Assembly (NCBI GenBank): GCA_017609625.1
Contig: JAFCDN010000003.1
Span: 1,387 to 65,386 of the forward strand
DNA: 64,000 nucleotides
Reading direction: 5' to 3'
Origin: Candidatus Iainarchaeum sp.
GTDB lineage: Archaea > Iainarchaeota > Iainarchaeia > Iainarchaeales > 1-14-0-10-31-34
The first letter of the stretch is position 1, and each line of letters begins with the position of its first letter. The translations under genes and the position numbers were made by a program. The notes under the pieces are model-generated. The model searched no databases, was not told where the DNA came from, and was given only the letters and a program-made list of their open reading frames with translations. Of this stretch, positions 54,252-62,753 are shown piece by piece.

Positions 54252-54273
54252 CTTCACGCTTTCGAGCGTGAGG
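54252..54273. terminator. GC hairpin with TTCG/CGAA tetraloop (module shared with the GC-rich elements)
   Basis: cTTCACGCT-ttcg-AGCGTGAgg. Lies 4 nt after the GGDEF gene stop. Shares the tcacgctttcgagcg core with 5391-5405, followed by tgag here and cgag there. Confidence 0.5.
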
Positions 54274-54276
54274 CTA

Positions 54277-55263
54277 CTAATTCTTTCTTTTTAATATTAG
54301 TTTACGCCTTACTACCTTGTTTTTTGCTTTTGCTTTTCTTTTGTCTTTTTTTATTTCTTTTGCTTTATACAATGCAGCATCTGATTGCTCTGCAAGAGCC
54401 TTTACAGTAGACTGAAGCGTTCTGGTTCTTTTTTTTCCTCTTATCCCTGTTACCCCTGCACTAAAAGTTGGAACAACCCATCTCCCCCTTTTCCAAGGAG
54501 TGTTTGGGCGAACTCTAAATTTTGTAGGATCATTTAAAGAACCAGAAAAACTATGCCTTAATCCATTTAACTCTTTTTCTAGTTCCTCTGGAGAAATTGG
54601 AACAAAAACTCTGAATTCTTCTCCTCCAACTCTTGCAGCATGGCCGCCTAAGCGTTTTGCAAAAAGAGAAAGTCTTTCTGCCATTCTATCTATAACAACA
54701 TCTCCTACATGATGCCCAAAAACATCATTTATTCTTTTGAAGTTATCCAAATCAACTATCCCCATAGCACAATGTTTTCTTTCAGCTTCACATTTTCTTA
54801 GTATCTTAAACACATTGTGAGCAAATGCTGAAACATTTTCAACCTGCACAAATTTTGGGTCTCTGATTAAACGAAGTTTTATCATTCTTCTAAAAAAAGC
54901 ACTTCTCTTTAAAGGATCAATATATTCTGTTTTAAGTTTTACCAGTTGTTTCAGCCTGCTAATATTTCGCCTGTTTCCTCTCCAGCTCTTCATTAATCTT
55001 GCAATATTAACATCTGTAGTGTTTTTTATTCCAACTTTAGCTTTAAGCACATGAAAAGCTCTCATAAAATATCTCATTTTTCTGTCCGCTGTCTCAAATT
55101 CAGAAAAAATTTCTTGAGGACTCTCAGGACGGCTTACTTTTCTTCTGGGTTTTTCTTTTCTTTTTTTAATAGCCTTGTCTTTAGGAACAGTCAAAAGCCC
55201 TGCTCTTCTCCCAGCAGGTCTAGATTGCTTTGGGGGCCTTTTTAAGGCTGCTTTTTTAAGCAT
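54277..55263 (-). CDS. GGDEF-domain protein (putative diguanylate or other dinucleotide cyclase) with a polybasic N-terminal region of about 160 aa
   Basis: MGIVDLDNFKRINDVFGHHVGDVV...GGHAARVGGEEFRVFVP...TFSAGVTG...SDAALYKAK. GGEEF codons verified at 54613-54627. The I-site position reads RLGG rather than RxxD. Confidence 0.8.
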   Translation of the reverse strand: MLKKAALKRPPKQSRPAGRRAGLLTVPKDKAIKKRKEKPRRKVSRPESPQEIFSEFETADRKMRYFMRAFHVLKAKVGIKNTTDVNIARLMKSWRGNRRNISRLKQLVKLKTEYIDPLKRSAFFRRMIKLRLIRDPKFVQVENVSAFAHNVFKILRKCEAERKHCAMGIVDLDNFKRINDVFGHHVGDVVIDRMAERLSLFAKRLGGHAARVGGEEFRVFVPISPEELEKELNGLRHSFSGSLNDPTKFRVRPNTPWKRGRWVVPTFSAGVTGIRGKKRTRTLQSTVKALAEQSDAALYKAKEIKKDKRKAKAKNKVVRRKLILKRKN

Positions 55264-55340
55264 AACATATTTTTAGGCAAAGAAACAATTTAAACTTTCG
55301 CTATGTCCGATTCCATACAGGGGATTCTACAAGCAGTTTT

Positions 55341-55856
55341 TTATTTTACTAGCACTTCTTTAATATTTTTTTTCAGTTTTATTATATTTGTTTTTCCGTG
55401 CTTTTCTATTTCTATTACGTTTCTGTCTGAAAGCCTTAATAAAATCCTGTGGCTTTTTAGTTTTCCAATTCCTTCAATTCTGGAAATTTCTGACTGAAAT
55501 GCTTTTCCGTTGTTTTCAAGGATTTTTTCAACTATTTTTTTTTCATCTTTGTTTAAGAATTGTATCAGGGTTTGTGTTACTTTTCCAATATCTTTTTTCT
55601 TGTCTTCTAATTTTGAAGTCATAAAGAAAAAAACAACTGCGCCAATTACAACTCCACTTAAAATAAACACTGGAACCATTTGATTCAATAAATCAATTCT
55701 TTGTTCATGCTGGCATACTCCATCTATAATGCAGATATCAGGAGTAGTTTCTGAAAGTATGTTTGGAAGATAAAAAATTAATCCAAGCAGGCAGATTAAA
55801 ACAATAACCCCGGCAATTGTTCTTTTGTTTGACAAATCAATTTTGAGTTCCATCAA
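55341..55856 (-). CDS. Membrane-anchored winged-helix regulator
   Basis: Two TM segments, then FLNKDEKKIVEKILENNGKAFQSEISRIEGIGKLKSHRILLRLSDRNVIEIEKHGKTN. Divergent from the copper operon. Confidence 0.6.
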   Translation of the reverse strand: MMELKIDLSNKRTIAGVIVLICLLGLIFYLPNILSETTPDICIIDGVCQHEQRIDLLNQMVPVFILSGVVIGAVVFFFMTSKLEDKKKDIGKVTQTLIQFLNKDEKKIVEKILENNGKAFQSEISRIEGIGKLKSHRILLRLSDRNVIEIEKHGKTNIIKLKKNIKEVLVK

Positions 55857-55893
55857 TATTTTTTTGAGCAGAACTTTTTTTAAGCTAAATTAG

Positions 55894-55924
55894 ATGGTTT
55901 CACTAAACCATATTAATGGTTTCA
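55894..55924. promoter_or_regulatory. Inverted and direct repeats in the divergent promoter; candidate operator
   Basis: ATGGTTTcactAAACCAT (55894-55911), with ATGGTTTCA repeated at 55916-55924. Confidence 0.4.
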
Positions 55925-55949
55925 GTTGCATTTGATGCGGTGATATTAA

Positions 55950-56963
55950 ATGAAAGCTGAATCCAGCATCAAAGTAAAAGGAATGCACTGCAACAGCTGT
56001 GCAACAATAATCAAAGAATCACTTTCAAAGCTTAAAGGAGTTGAAAAAACTGAAGTAAGCTTGGAAGATGACAATGTAAAAATAAAATTTGATTCTGAAA
56101 AGATCTCTAAAGAGAAAATAGAAGGAGAATTAAGCGCTTTAGGATACCTCCCTAAAGCATTTCCTTCCTCTCCAAAAAAAACAAATAGTTTGAAACAAGG
56201 AATAATTTATGGCCTTGTGCCTCATATTGGCTGTATGGGGTTTATTGTTGGTTCAATTTTAGGAGTAACAATTGCAATTGAATTTTTCAAGCCATTATTA
56301 ATGAATCCATGGTTTTTTCATATTCTAATACTTCTTGCTTTAGTGTTTGCTTCAGTTTCTTCAATGTTTTATCTAAGAAAAAATGGTTTGCTTTCATGGA
56401 AAGGAGTCAAAAAAAAGAAAAAATACCTTACAGCAATGTATGGTTCAACTATAGGGATTAATCTGTTCCTGTTTTTTGTTATTTTTCCAATGACTGCAAA
56501 CTTTGATACAGGTTCTTTTGCCAACACTACAGGCAACTTAGCATTAGGGGCAGAAAATATAAATTTGCCTGGAGACGATTCACTGCTTACCTTACAAGTT
56601 GATATTCCCTGCCCAGGCCATGCACCATTAATTTCAGGGGAAATAAAAACAATCACTGGAATTACTGGAGTAAGATACAGAGGCCCTGCTCTTTTTGATG
56701 TTGCTTTTGATTCAGAAAAAACTTCTAAAGATGAAATTCTTTTATTAGAGGTCTTTGAGGTTTATCCTGCAACAGTAACTTTTGAATCAAAAGAAATTTC
56801 TTTGGCAGAAGACAAAGAAACAAAAACAACAGAAAACACGGTAAAAGAAACAACAAGCCTTGCTTTAGAAAATAATAATGATAATTTAACTGCAAGCTGT
56901 GACGGAAGCTGCGGAGGAACAGGAACCTGTGGCAAACCTTTATGCGGCTGCAGTGCGGGATAA
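55950..56963 (+). CDS. Heavy-metal-associated (HMA) domain membrane protein with Cys-rich C-terminus
   Basis: N-terminal HMA GMHCNSC. TM region with PHIGC. Second HMA-like fold with CPGH. Tail CDGSCGGTGTCGKPLCGCS. Confidence 0.68.
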   Translation: MKAESSIKVKGMHCNSCATIIKESLSKLKGVEKTEVSLEDDNVKIKFDSEKISKEKIEGELSALGYLPKAFPSSPKKTNSLKQGIIYGLVPHIGCMGFIVGSILGVTIAIEFFKPLLMNPWFFHILILLALVFASVSSMFYLRKNGLLSWKGVKKKKKYLTAMYGSTIGINLFLFFVIFPMTANFDTGSFANTTGNLALGAENINLPGDDSLLTLQVDIPCPGHAPLISGEIKTITGITGVRYRGPALFDVAFDSEKTSKDEILLLEVFEVYPATVTFESKEISLAEDKETKTTENTVKETTSLALENNNDNLTASCDGSCGGTGTCGKPLCGCSAG

Positions 56964-57026
56964 AAAAATAAAAAAAAATGAAAAAATAAAGTGATAAAAA
57001 ATAAATAAAAAAAGGAGGAATAAAAA

Positions 57027-57815
57027 ATGGAAAAAACAACTTTATTATATATTATTGCAGGAGTGGTTTTGATTCTGACATTTATGAATACTTATTCCAT
57101 TTTTGGAATGGATCAAAAACTTGACAGCCTTAATGCAAAAATTTTATTAGCAAAAAATGATACAAGCGGAAGTAACTCAAATGATTCAGGAGTAAAAGCA
57201 GCAGATCCTAAAGGAAACAACCAGCCAGAACCGGTTTTTAATTTAAGTGCTGATGATGACCCTTTTCTCGGGCCAGAAGATGCAAAAGTTACAGTAATAG
57301 AATTTTCTGATTTTGAATGCCCTTATTGTGCAGCAGCAATGGGAACACATGAAGGATTGATTGAAAGGTTTAAATCACAAGACCCAAGCTGGGAAGCTGC
57401 TGTGCCAAAATTAAAAGAACTGGCTGAACAGGGAAAAATAAAATTTGTCTACAGAGACTTTCCATTAAATATACACCAGAATGCACAAAAAGCTGCAGAG
57501 GCCGCAGAATGTGCAGAAGAACAAAACATGTTTTGGGAAATGCATGACAAAATTTTTGAAAACAGTGATTCACTCAGTGTTGAAAACCTAAAACAGTTTG
57601 CTAAAGACATTAGATTAGATTCTCCAGAATTTGATGCCTGCCTTGATTCAAGCGAAATGGCTTCAGAAGTGCAAAAAGATTTGTCTGATGGTTCAAAAGC
57701 AGGCATTACAGGAACTCCGGCTTTTTTTGTTAATGGCAGACTTGTTTCAGGCGCACAGCCATTTTCTGTATTTGAGCAGATAATTGAAGAAGAGCTTGCA
57801 AAAGGAGGTGAATAA
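57027..57815 (+). CDS. DsbA-family thiol:disulfide oxidoreductase (membrane-anchored)
   Basis: FSDFECPYCAAA CxxC motif, and GTPAFFVNGRL cis-Pro loop. Confidence 0.8.
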   Translation: MEKTTLLYIIAGVVLILTFMNTYSIFGMDQKLDSLNAKILLAKNDTSGSNSNDSGVKAADPKGNNQPEPVFNLSADDDPFLGPEDAKVTVIEFSDFECPYCAAAMGTHEGLIERFKSQDPSWEAAVPKLKELAEQGKIKFVYRDFPLNIHQNAQKAAEAAECAEEQNMFWEMHDKIFENSDSLSVENLKQFAKDIRLDSPEFDACLDSSEMASEVQKDLSDGSKAGITGTPAFFVNGRLVSGAQPFSVFEQIIEEELAKGGE

Positions 57816-58287
57816 AATGAAAAAAGTTGTTTTGGTTTTACTTTTCTTTTTAATTGTTTTTTCCGGCTGCACTTCAGGCAATCCAGAAGAAAATTCTACA
57901 GGCCAAATAACTTTGTCTAATGATTCAGGAGGTTCAAGCGATAAAATTTCAATTCCAGTTTCAGATATAAGCACAAATGCAAAATGGTTTGAATATGAAT
58001 CTGATGGAGCTGTAATAAGATTTTTTGCAGTAAAAGCAGGTGATGGAAGCATTAAAACTGCTTTTGATGCATGCGATGTCTGTTTTAGTTCAAAAAAAGG
58101 TTACAGCCAAGATGGAAGTGTTATGGTTTGCAATAACTGCGGAAACAAATATCCAATTGACGGGCTTGGAACAGAAAACAAACAAGGCGGAGGCTGCTGG
58201 CCTGGATATCTTCCAAACACAATAGTCGGAGATAAACTTGAAATAAAAAAATCTGATTTAGATAAAGGGAGATACAGGTTTGCATGA
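57784..58287 (+). CDS. DUF2318-like Cys-rich lipobox protein (metal-uptake associated)
   Basis: Real start MKKVVLVLLFFLIVFSGC at 57817 (GGAGGTG upstream). FDACDVCF...VCNNCGNKY...GGGCWP. Confidence 0.65.
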   Translation: MKKSLQKEVNKMKKVVLVLLFFLIVFSGCTSGNPEENSTGQITLSNDSGGSSDKISIPVSDISTNAKWFEYESDGAVIRFFAVKAGDGSIKTAFDACDVCFSSKKGYSQDGSVMVCNNCGNKYPIDGLGTENKQGGGCWPGYLPNTIVGDKLEIKKSDLDKGRYRFA

Positions 58288-58619
58288 ATAAAGAAAAATT
58301 AATGACTGCTGTGAGTTTAGTGCTTGTGGCAGTCATAATTTTAAATTTTTATTTTCCAAAAGCAGAGTCATTTGAGCAAAAGCGTTTAAGGGTTTTAAAA
58401 GAACTTTCAGCATCAATTGATGACGCAGTATTACAGGGAAAATATCATTGCTGTATTGATCCGCCCTGCACTATGTGTTATCTTGGCAACTGGATCTGGA
58501 AAGACGGAACATGCAATTGTGATTTAATGATTGCACAAGGCGAATTTGATAAAGTCTGCCCGCAATGTGTAAAAGGAATTGAAAACAGCCAATGTGAATT
58601 CACTGGCGGAAAAAATTAA
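58284..58619 (+). CDS. Small membrane-anchored Cys-rich protein (PCYCGC-like?)
   Basis: HCCIDPPCTMCY...CNCD...CPQC...C. Start overlaps the upstream gene (ATGA). Confidence 0.5.
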   Translation: MNKEKLMTAVSLVLVAVIILNFYFPKAESFEQKRLRVLKELSASIDDAVLQGKYHCCIDPPCTMCYLGNWIWKDGTCNCDLMIAQGEFDKVCPQCVKGIENSQCEFTGGKN

Positions 58620-58625
58620 TTTTAA

Positions 58626-60803
58626 GTGAAAGTTATGACAAAAACAGAGTTGATTGTTGAAAAAATGCACTGCGCATCTTGTTCTGCTTTAATTCAAAGA
58701 AAGCTTTCAGAAACCAATGGAATAAAAAAAAGCAATGTAAATTTTGCTGCAGGAAAAGCTTTTGTTGAATTTGAAGAAAAAAAAATTACAGCTGAAAAAA
58801 TAAGTGAAATAATATCGAAATTAGGATATAAAGCAAGCATTGGCTTTGATTTGGAAAGAGAAAGAAAATTAAGGGAAAAAGAAATTTCTTCCCTGAAAAA
58901 AACTTTGTATTTTAGTTTGGCTTTGACTGTTCCTGTTTTTATTTTAGGAATGTTTTTAATGGACTTTCCTTTTCGGATTTGGATTCTTTTTGTTTTAAGC
59001 ACTCCGGTTCAGTTTATTGCAGGCAGAAGATTTTATTTAGGTGCTTGGAGTTCTTTAAGAAATAAAACTGCTTCAATGGATACTTTAATTGCATTAGGAA
59101 CAAGCGCTGCATATTTTTACAGTGTTGCTGCATTGATTGGTTTTGTTTCAGAACAGTATTTTGAAACTGCAGCAATGCTTATTACACTGGTTTTGTTTGG
59201 AAAATATCTTGAAGCAATAGCAAAAGGAAAGACAAGCAAGGCAATAAGAAAATTAATGAATCTTTCACCTAAAACTGCTTTAGTTGAAAGAAAAGGAAAA
59301 GAAATTTTAATTCCTGCTTCAGAAATTAAAGAAAATGATATAATAATTGTAAAACCTGGAACACAGATTCCAACTGACGGAGTAATAATTTCAGGAAACA
59401 CTTCAATTGATGAAAGCATGCTTACAGGAGAAAGCATTGCAATAGAAAAAAAAATTAAAGACAAAGTTTTTGCAGGCACAATCAACAAAAATGGTTTTAT
59501 AAAATTCAAGGCACTAAAAATAGGCGAAGAAACAGTTCTGGCTCAAATAATTAAATTAGTTGAAGAAGCTCAGGGAAGCAAAGCAGACATTCAAAGGTTT
59601 GCTGATAAAATAAGTTCAGTCTTTGTTCCGGCAATACTTGGTATTGCACTGGTTACTTTTGTTCTTTGGGTTTTTGTTTTTTCTGAAGGATTTACTTTTG
59701 GTTTGGTTGCCTCAGTTTCTGTTCTGGTTATTGCATGCCCTTGTGCTTTAGGCCTGGCAACTCCTACAGCAATAATGGTTGGCACGGGCAAAGGAGCAGA
59801 AAACGGGATTTTAATAAAAAATGCCGAAGCACTTGAATTAAGCCATAAAATTAATGCAGTGATTTTTGATAAAACAGGAACCCTGACAAACGGAAAACCA
59901 AAATTAACTGATGTGTTTTCTGTTTCTTCACTTAAAGAAAATACTCTTCTTGCAGTTTCTGCTTCTCTTGAAAAAAATTCAGAGCACCCTTTGGCTGACG
60001 CTGTAATTGCAGGCGCTAAAGCAAGAAAACTTTCTTTTCTTAAAGTTGATTTTTTTAAGGCAGTTCCAGGAAAAGGAATTAAAGGCAAAATCAAAAACAA
60101 AGAATATTTTTTGGGAAGCATAAATTATGCTAAAGAGATGCATTCTCTGGAAAAAATTAATTCTCAAATATCTAAACTTGAATCCCAGGGAAAAACAGTA
60201 ATGCTTGTTTTTTCAAAAAAAGAAGTTTTTGGGGGAATTGCAGTTGCAGACACAACAAAAGATTCAAGCAAAAACGCTGTTGAAAAATTAAAGCAAAACA
60301 AGATTGAGGTCTGGATGATTACCGGAGACAATAAAAGAACTGCAAATGCAATAGCAAAAACTCTTGGGATAAAAAATGTTTTTGCTGAAGTAATGCCAGA
60401 TCATAAATCAGATTATGTGAAAAAACTCCAAAAACAAGGAAAAACTGTTGCAATGGTTGGCGATGGGATAAATGACGCGCCTGCATTAGCCCGAGCAGAC
60501 CTTGGAATCGCAATGTCTCAAGGTTCTGATATTGCAATTGAGGCAGGCAATATAGTTTTAATGAAAAGCAATCCATCAGACGTTGTTTCTGCAATCACTC
60601 TGGGCAAGAAAACAATAAACAAAATAAAACAAAACCTTTTTTGGGCTTTAATTTACAATGTAATAGGAATTCCTGTTGCTGCAGGAATCTTGTATTATTC
60701 TTTTGGAATTCTCTTGTCTCCGGTTTTTGCCGGAGCAGCAATGGCTTTAAGCAGTGTTTCAGTTGTAACCAATTCTCTTCTCTTAAAAGGCGCGAAAATA
60801 TGA
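58626..60803 (+). CDS. copA: Copper-translocating P1B-type ATPase
   Basis: HMA MHCASC, TGES, CPC motif IACPCALGLATP, DKTGTLT, GDGINDAPAL. ATG at 58635. Confidence 0.95.
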   Translation: MKVMTKTELIVEKMHCASCSALIQRKLSETNGIKKSNVNFAAGKAFVEFEEKKITAEKISEIISKLGYKASIGFDLERERKLREKEISSLKKTLYFSLALTVPVFILGMFLMDFPFRIWILFVLSTPVQFIAGRRFYLGAWSSLRNKTASMDTLIALGTSAAYFYSVAALIGFVSEQYFETAAMLITLVLFGKYLEAIAKGKTSKAIRKLMNLSPKTALVERKGKEILIPASEIKENDIIIVKPGTQIPTDGVIISGNTSIDESMLTGESIAIEKKIKDKVFAGTINKNGFIKFKALKIGEETVLAQIIKLVEEAQGSKADIQRFADKISSVFVPAILGIALVTFVLWVFVFSEGFTFGLVASVSVLVIACPCALGLATPTAIMVGTGKGAENGILIKNAEALELSHKINAVIFDKTGTLTNGKPKLTDVFSVSSLKENTLLAVSASLEKNSEHPLADAVIAGAKARKLSFLKVDFFKAVPGKGIKGKIKNKEYFLGSINYAKEMHSLEKINSQISKLESQGKTVMLVFSKKEVFGGIAVADTTKDSSKNAVEKLKQNKIEVWMITGDNKRTANAIAKTLGIKNVFAEVMPDHKSDYVKKLQKQGKTVAMVGDGINDAPALARADLGIAMSQGSDIAIEAGNIVLMKSNPSDVVSAITLGKKTINKIKQNLFWALIYNVIGIPVAAGILYYSFGILLSPVFAGAAMALSSVSVVTNSLLLKGAKI

Positions 60804-60863
60804 AAAACAAAATTTTTTATTGCATATAGTAAAATATTTAAATCAGAATGCGCTTATACTATC

Positions 60864-61370
60864 ATGCGTTATTTGATTGCTTTTGTATTGCTTTTATTTT
60901 TGTTTCCTTTAGCTTTTGCTGACATAGGGCCAAGCCCTAATTTTTCTTTTTCAATAGCAAACTCTGAAGATTTTCCTGAATACAAGTTTTATTATGCTGG
61001 AAACATCTGGCCGGAAAAACTGGCTTTAATTGAAGGAACACAAGATATATACAAATTAAACACCAATATTAAGATTTATGCTGTTCCCGTAGAACTTGCA
61101 TCTGATTCAGAAATTCCAGAAACAGAATTTGAAGAAGTTTCTTCTCAGAGTGTTGTGTCACAAGAAATTGACCTTGCTTCAGGGGAAACAGTTTTTGAAG
61201 TAAAGTCTTTTGATGAAACTCAAAAAACAATGGTTTTGGAAGTGAAAAGCAATATTCCAGACGACGGAGGCTTTGATCTTTTTTCTATAATTCTTTTAGT
61301 AGTTTTTTTGGGCGTTGTTGTTGTTGTATCGTTTTTTGTCTTTAAGTTTCTGAAAAAAGGGAAAAAATGA
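60864..61370 (+). CDS. Secreted protein with C-terminal TM anchor, unknown function
   Basis: Signal peptide MRYLIAFVLLLFLFPLAFA. C-terminal TM plus KKGKK. Confidence 0.5.
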   Translation: MRYLIAFVLLLFLFPLAFADIGPSPNFSFSIANSEDFPEYKFYYAGNIWPEKLALIEGTQDIYKLNTNIKIYAVPVELASDSEIPETEFEEVSSQSVVSQEIDLASGETVFEVKSFDETQKTMVLEVKSNIPDDGGFDLFSIILLVVFLGVVVVVSFFVFKFLKKGKK

Positions 61371-61696
61371 ATCCTTTTTTTCTGGCTTTTTTCACTGCAT
61401 TTCTTTTAACAAACTTTCTGGAATTTTTTCCTTTTTATTTTTTAATAAAAAAACCCTTTAAAGAAAAACTTTTTTTTCTGATTTTGATTAATTCAATTAC
61501 CCTGTCTTTATTTTGGATTTTGTTTCCATTCTTTTTTGATCATTATTTAATTGCTTTTCTTGTTTTTGAATTAGCAGTTTTTTTTGCAGAAGCTTTTCTG
61601 ATAAGGTTTTTGCTTAAACTTTCTTTAAAGAATTCGCTTGCTGTTTCAGCTTTAATGAACTTTCTTTCAGCAGTAATAGGCTTTTTGTTTTTGTAA
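61367..61696 (+). CDS. Small polytopic membrane protein
   Basis: 109 aa, F/L-rich. ATGA overlap with the upstream gene. Confidence 0.45.
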   Translation: MNPFFLAFFTAFLLTNFLEFFPFYFLIKKPFKEKLFFLILINSITLSLFWILFPFFFDHYLIAFLVFELAVFFAEAFLIRFLLKLSLKNSLAVSALMNFLSAVIGFLFL

Positions 61697-61762
61697 AAAA
61701 GAATTTTGCATTATTTTTTTGCATTGCATAAATTAAAAAACAGTTTTTACTTTAATTAATTC

Positions 61763-61821
61763 GGACTATGATGAGGTTAACACCTGCTGAACTAATGATG
61801 ATTTAACTCAACACTGAGTCC
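61763..61821 (+). ncRNA. C/D-box sRNA (2'-O-methylation guide)
   Basis: GGACT-ATGATGA(C)-ggttaacacctg(12)-CTGA(D')-acta-ATGATGA(C')-tttaactcaaca(12)-CTGA(D)-GTCC. Has a terminal 4-bp stem and canonical 12-nt spacers. Confidence 0.85.
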
Positions 61822-61848
61822 ATTTAGTTTTTCTAATAGAGGTTTTAA

Positions 61849-62244
61849 ATGAACAAAAAAATTCTGAAAACAATTTTAGTTACTTTTTTGTTGCTGTTTG
61901 TTTTTGGATGCACAGAAACAAAACAAGATCAAGGAAATGAAACAGTAAACTTAACTCTAAAATATTTTAATGAAAAAGAAGAACTGATATTAGACAAGAT
62001 TTTTGAAGTCAAGAAAGGAACTAATGCTTTTGAAGCTATGAAAGAAAATATTGAAGTTGAATATGAAATATATCCCACAGGGGCTTTTATAAAAGGCATT
62101 GAAGATGTTTCTCCTCCTAAAGGATATTATTTAGCGTTGTATGTTGATGGAAAAAATTCTGAAAAAGGCATTTTCGAATACATTATCAATGAAGATATTT
62201 TAATAGAATGGAAAACTGAATCTTTTGAAAGCTTTGCAAGTTAA
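61849..62244 (+). CDS. DUF4430-like lipobox protein
   Basis: LLFVFGC lipobox. GTNAFEAMKENIEVEYEIYPTGAFIKGIEDV...YYLALYVDGK. Confidence 0.55.
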   Translation: MNKKILKTILVTFLLLFVFGCTETKQDQGNETVNLTLKYFNEKEELILDKIFEVKKGTNAFEAMKENIEVEYEIYPTGAFIKGIEDVSPPKGYYLALYVDGKNSEKGIFEYIINEDILIEWKTESFESFAS

Positions 62245-62319
62245 TGACATTTGCCAAAAATTATTATCAACAACAAATCTACAATTAAGACACTTTTCTT
62301 CATAATATATCACATTAAG

Positions 62320-62688
62320 TTATTGTTTATATAAAATATTATTCCTGTTATTTTTAAACTGTGGGCCTGGTGCTTTTTCCAGGATAAAAATTAGGGCACA
62401 AGACAAAAAATACCACCAAACAATTGTAAGTACAAGAGCTATTCCTAAAACAAGTGAAGAAGAAAAATCAATGTCAACAAAAATTAGAGGCAGGAAAATA
62501 AAAAGATAAAAATAGTTTGCAAACAAGTACATTGTGTTAACAATTACATTCCCTCCTAAACCAAAGACTTCATCAAACACAAAGGCAAAAAGAAGTATTG
62601 AAAACGCGGCAAAAGGAAACAATATTGTTGCAAATACTTTTTTCCAGGTTATTTTCAGAAACCCCGTGATTAAAAGTTTTAGATTCAT
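62320..62688 (-). CDS. Small polytopic membrane protein
   Basis: 122 aa hydrophobic protein. No motif recognised. Confidence 0.45.
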   Translation of the reverse strand: MNLKLLITGFLKITWKKVFATILFPFAAFSILLFAFVFDEVFGLGGNVIVNTMYLFANYFYLFIFLPLIFVDIDFSSSLVLGIALVLTIVWWYFLSCALIFILEKAPGPQFKNNRNNILYKQ

Positions 62689-62753
62689 AATTTATTACCA
62701 TTAAATAGTTTAACATATCATTGCCTAATGAAATATATATAAAAAAATAAGTG

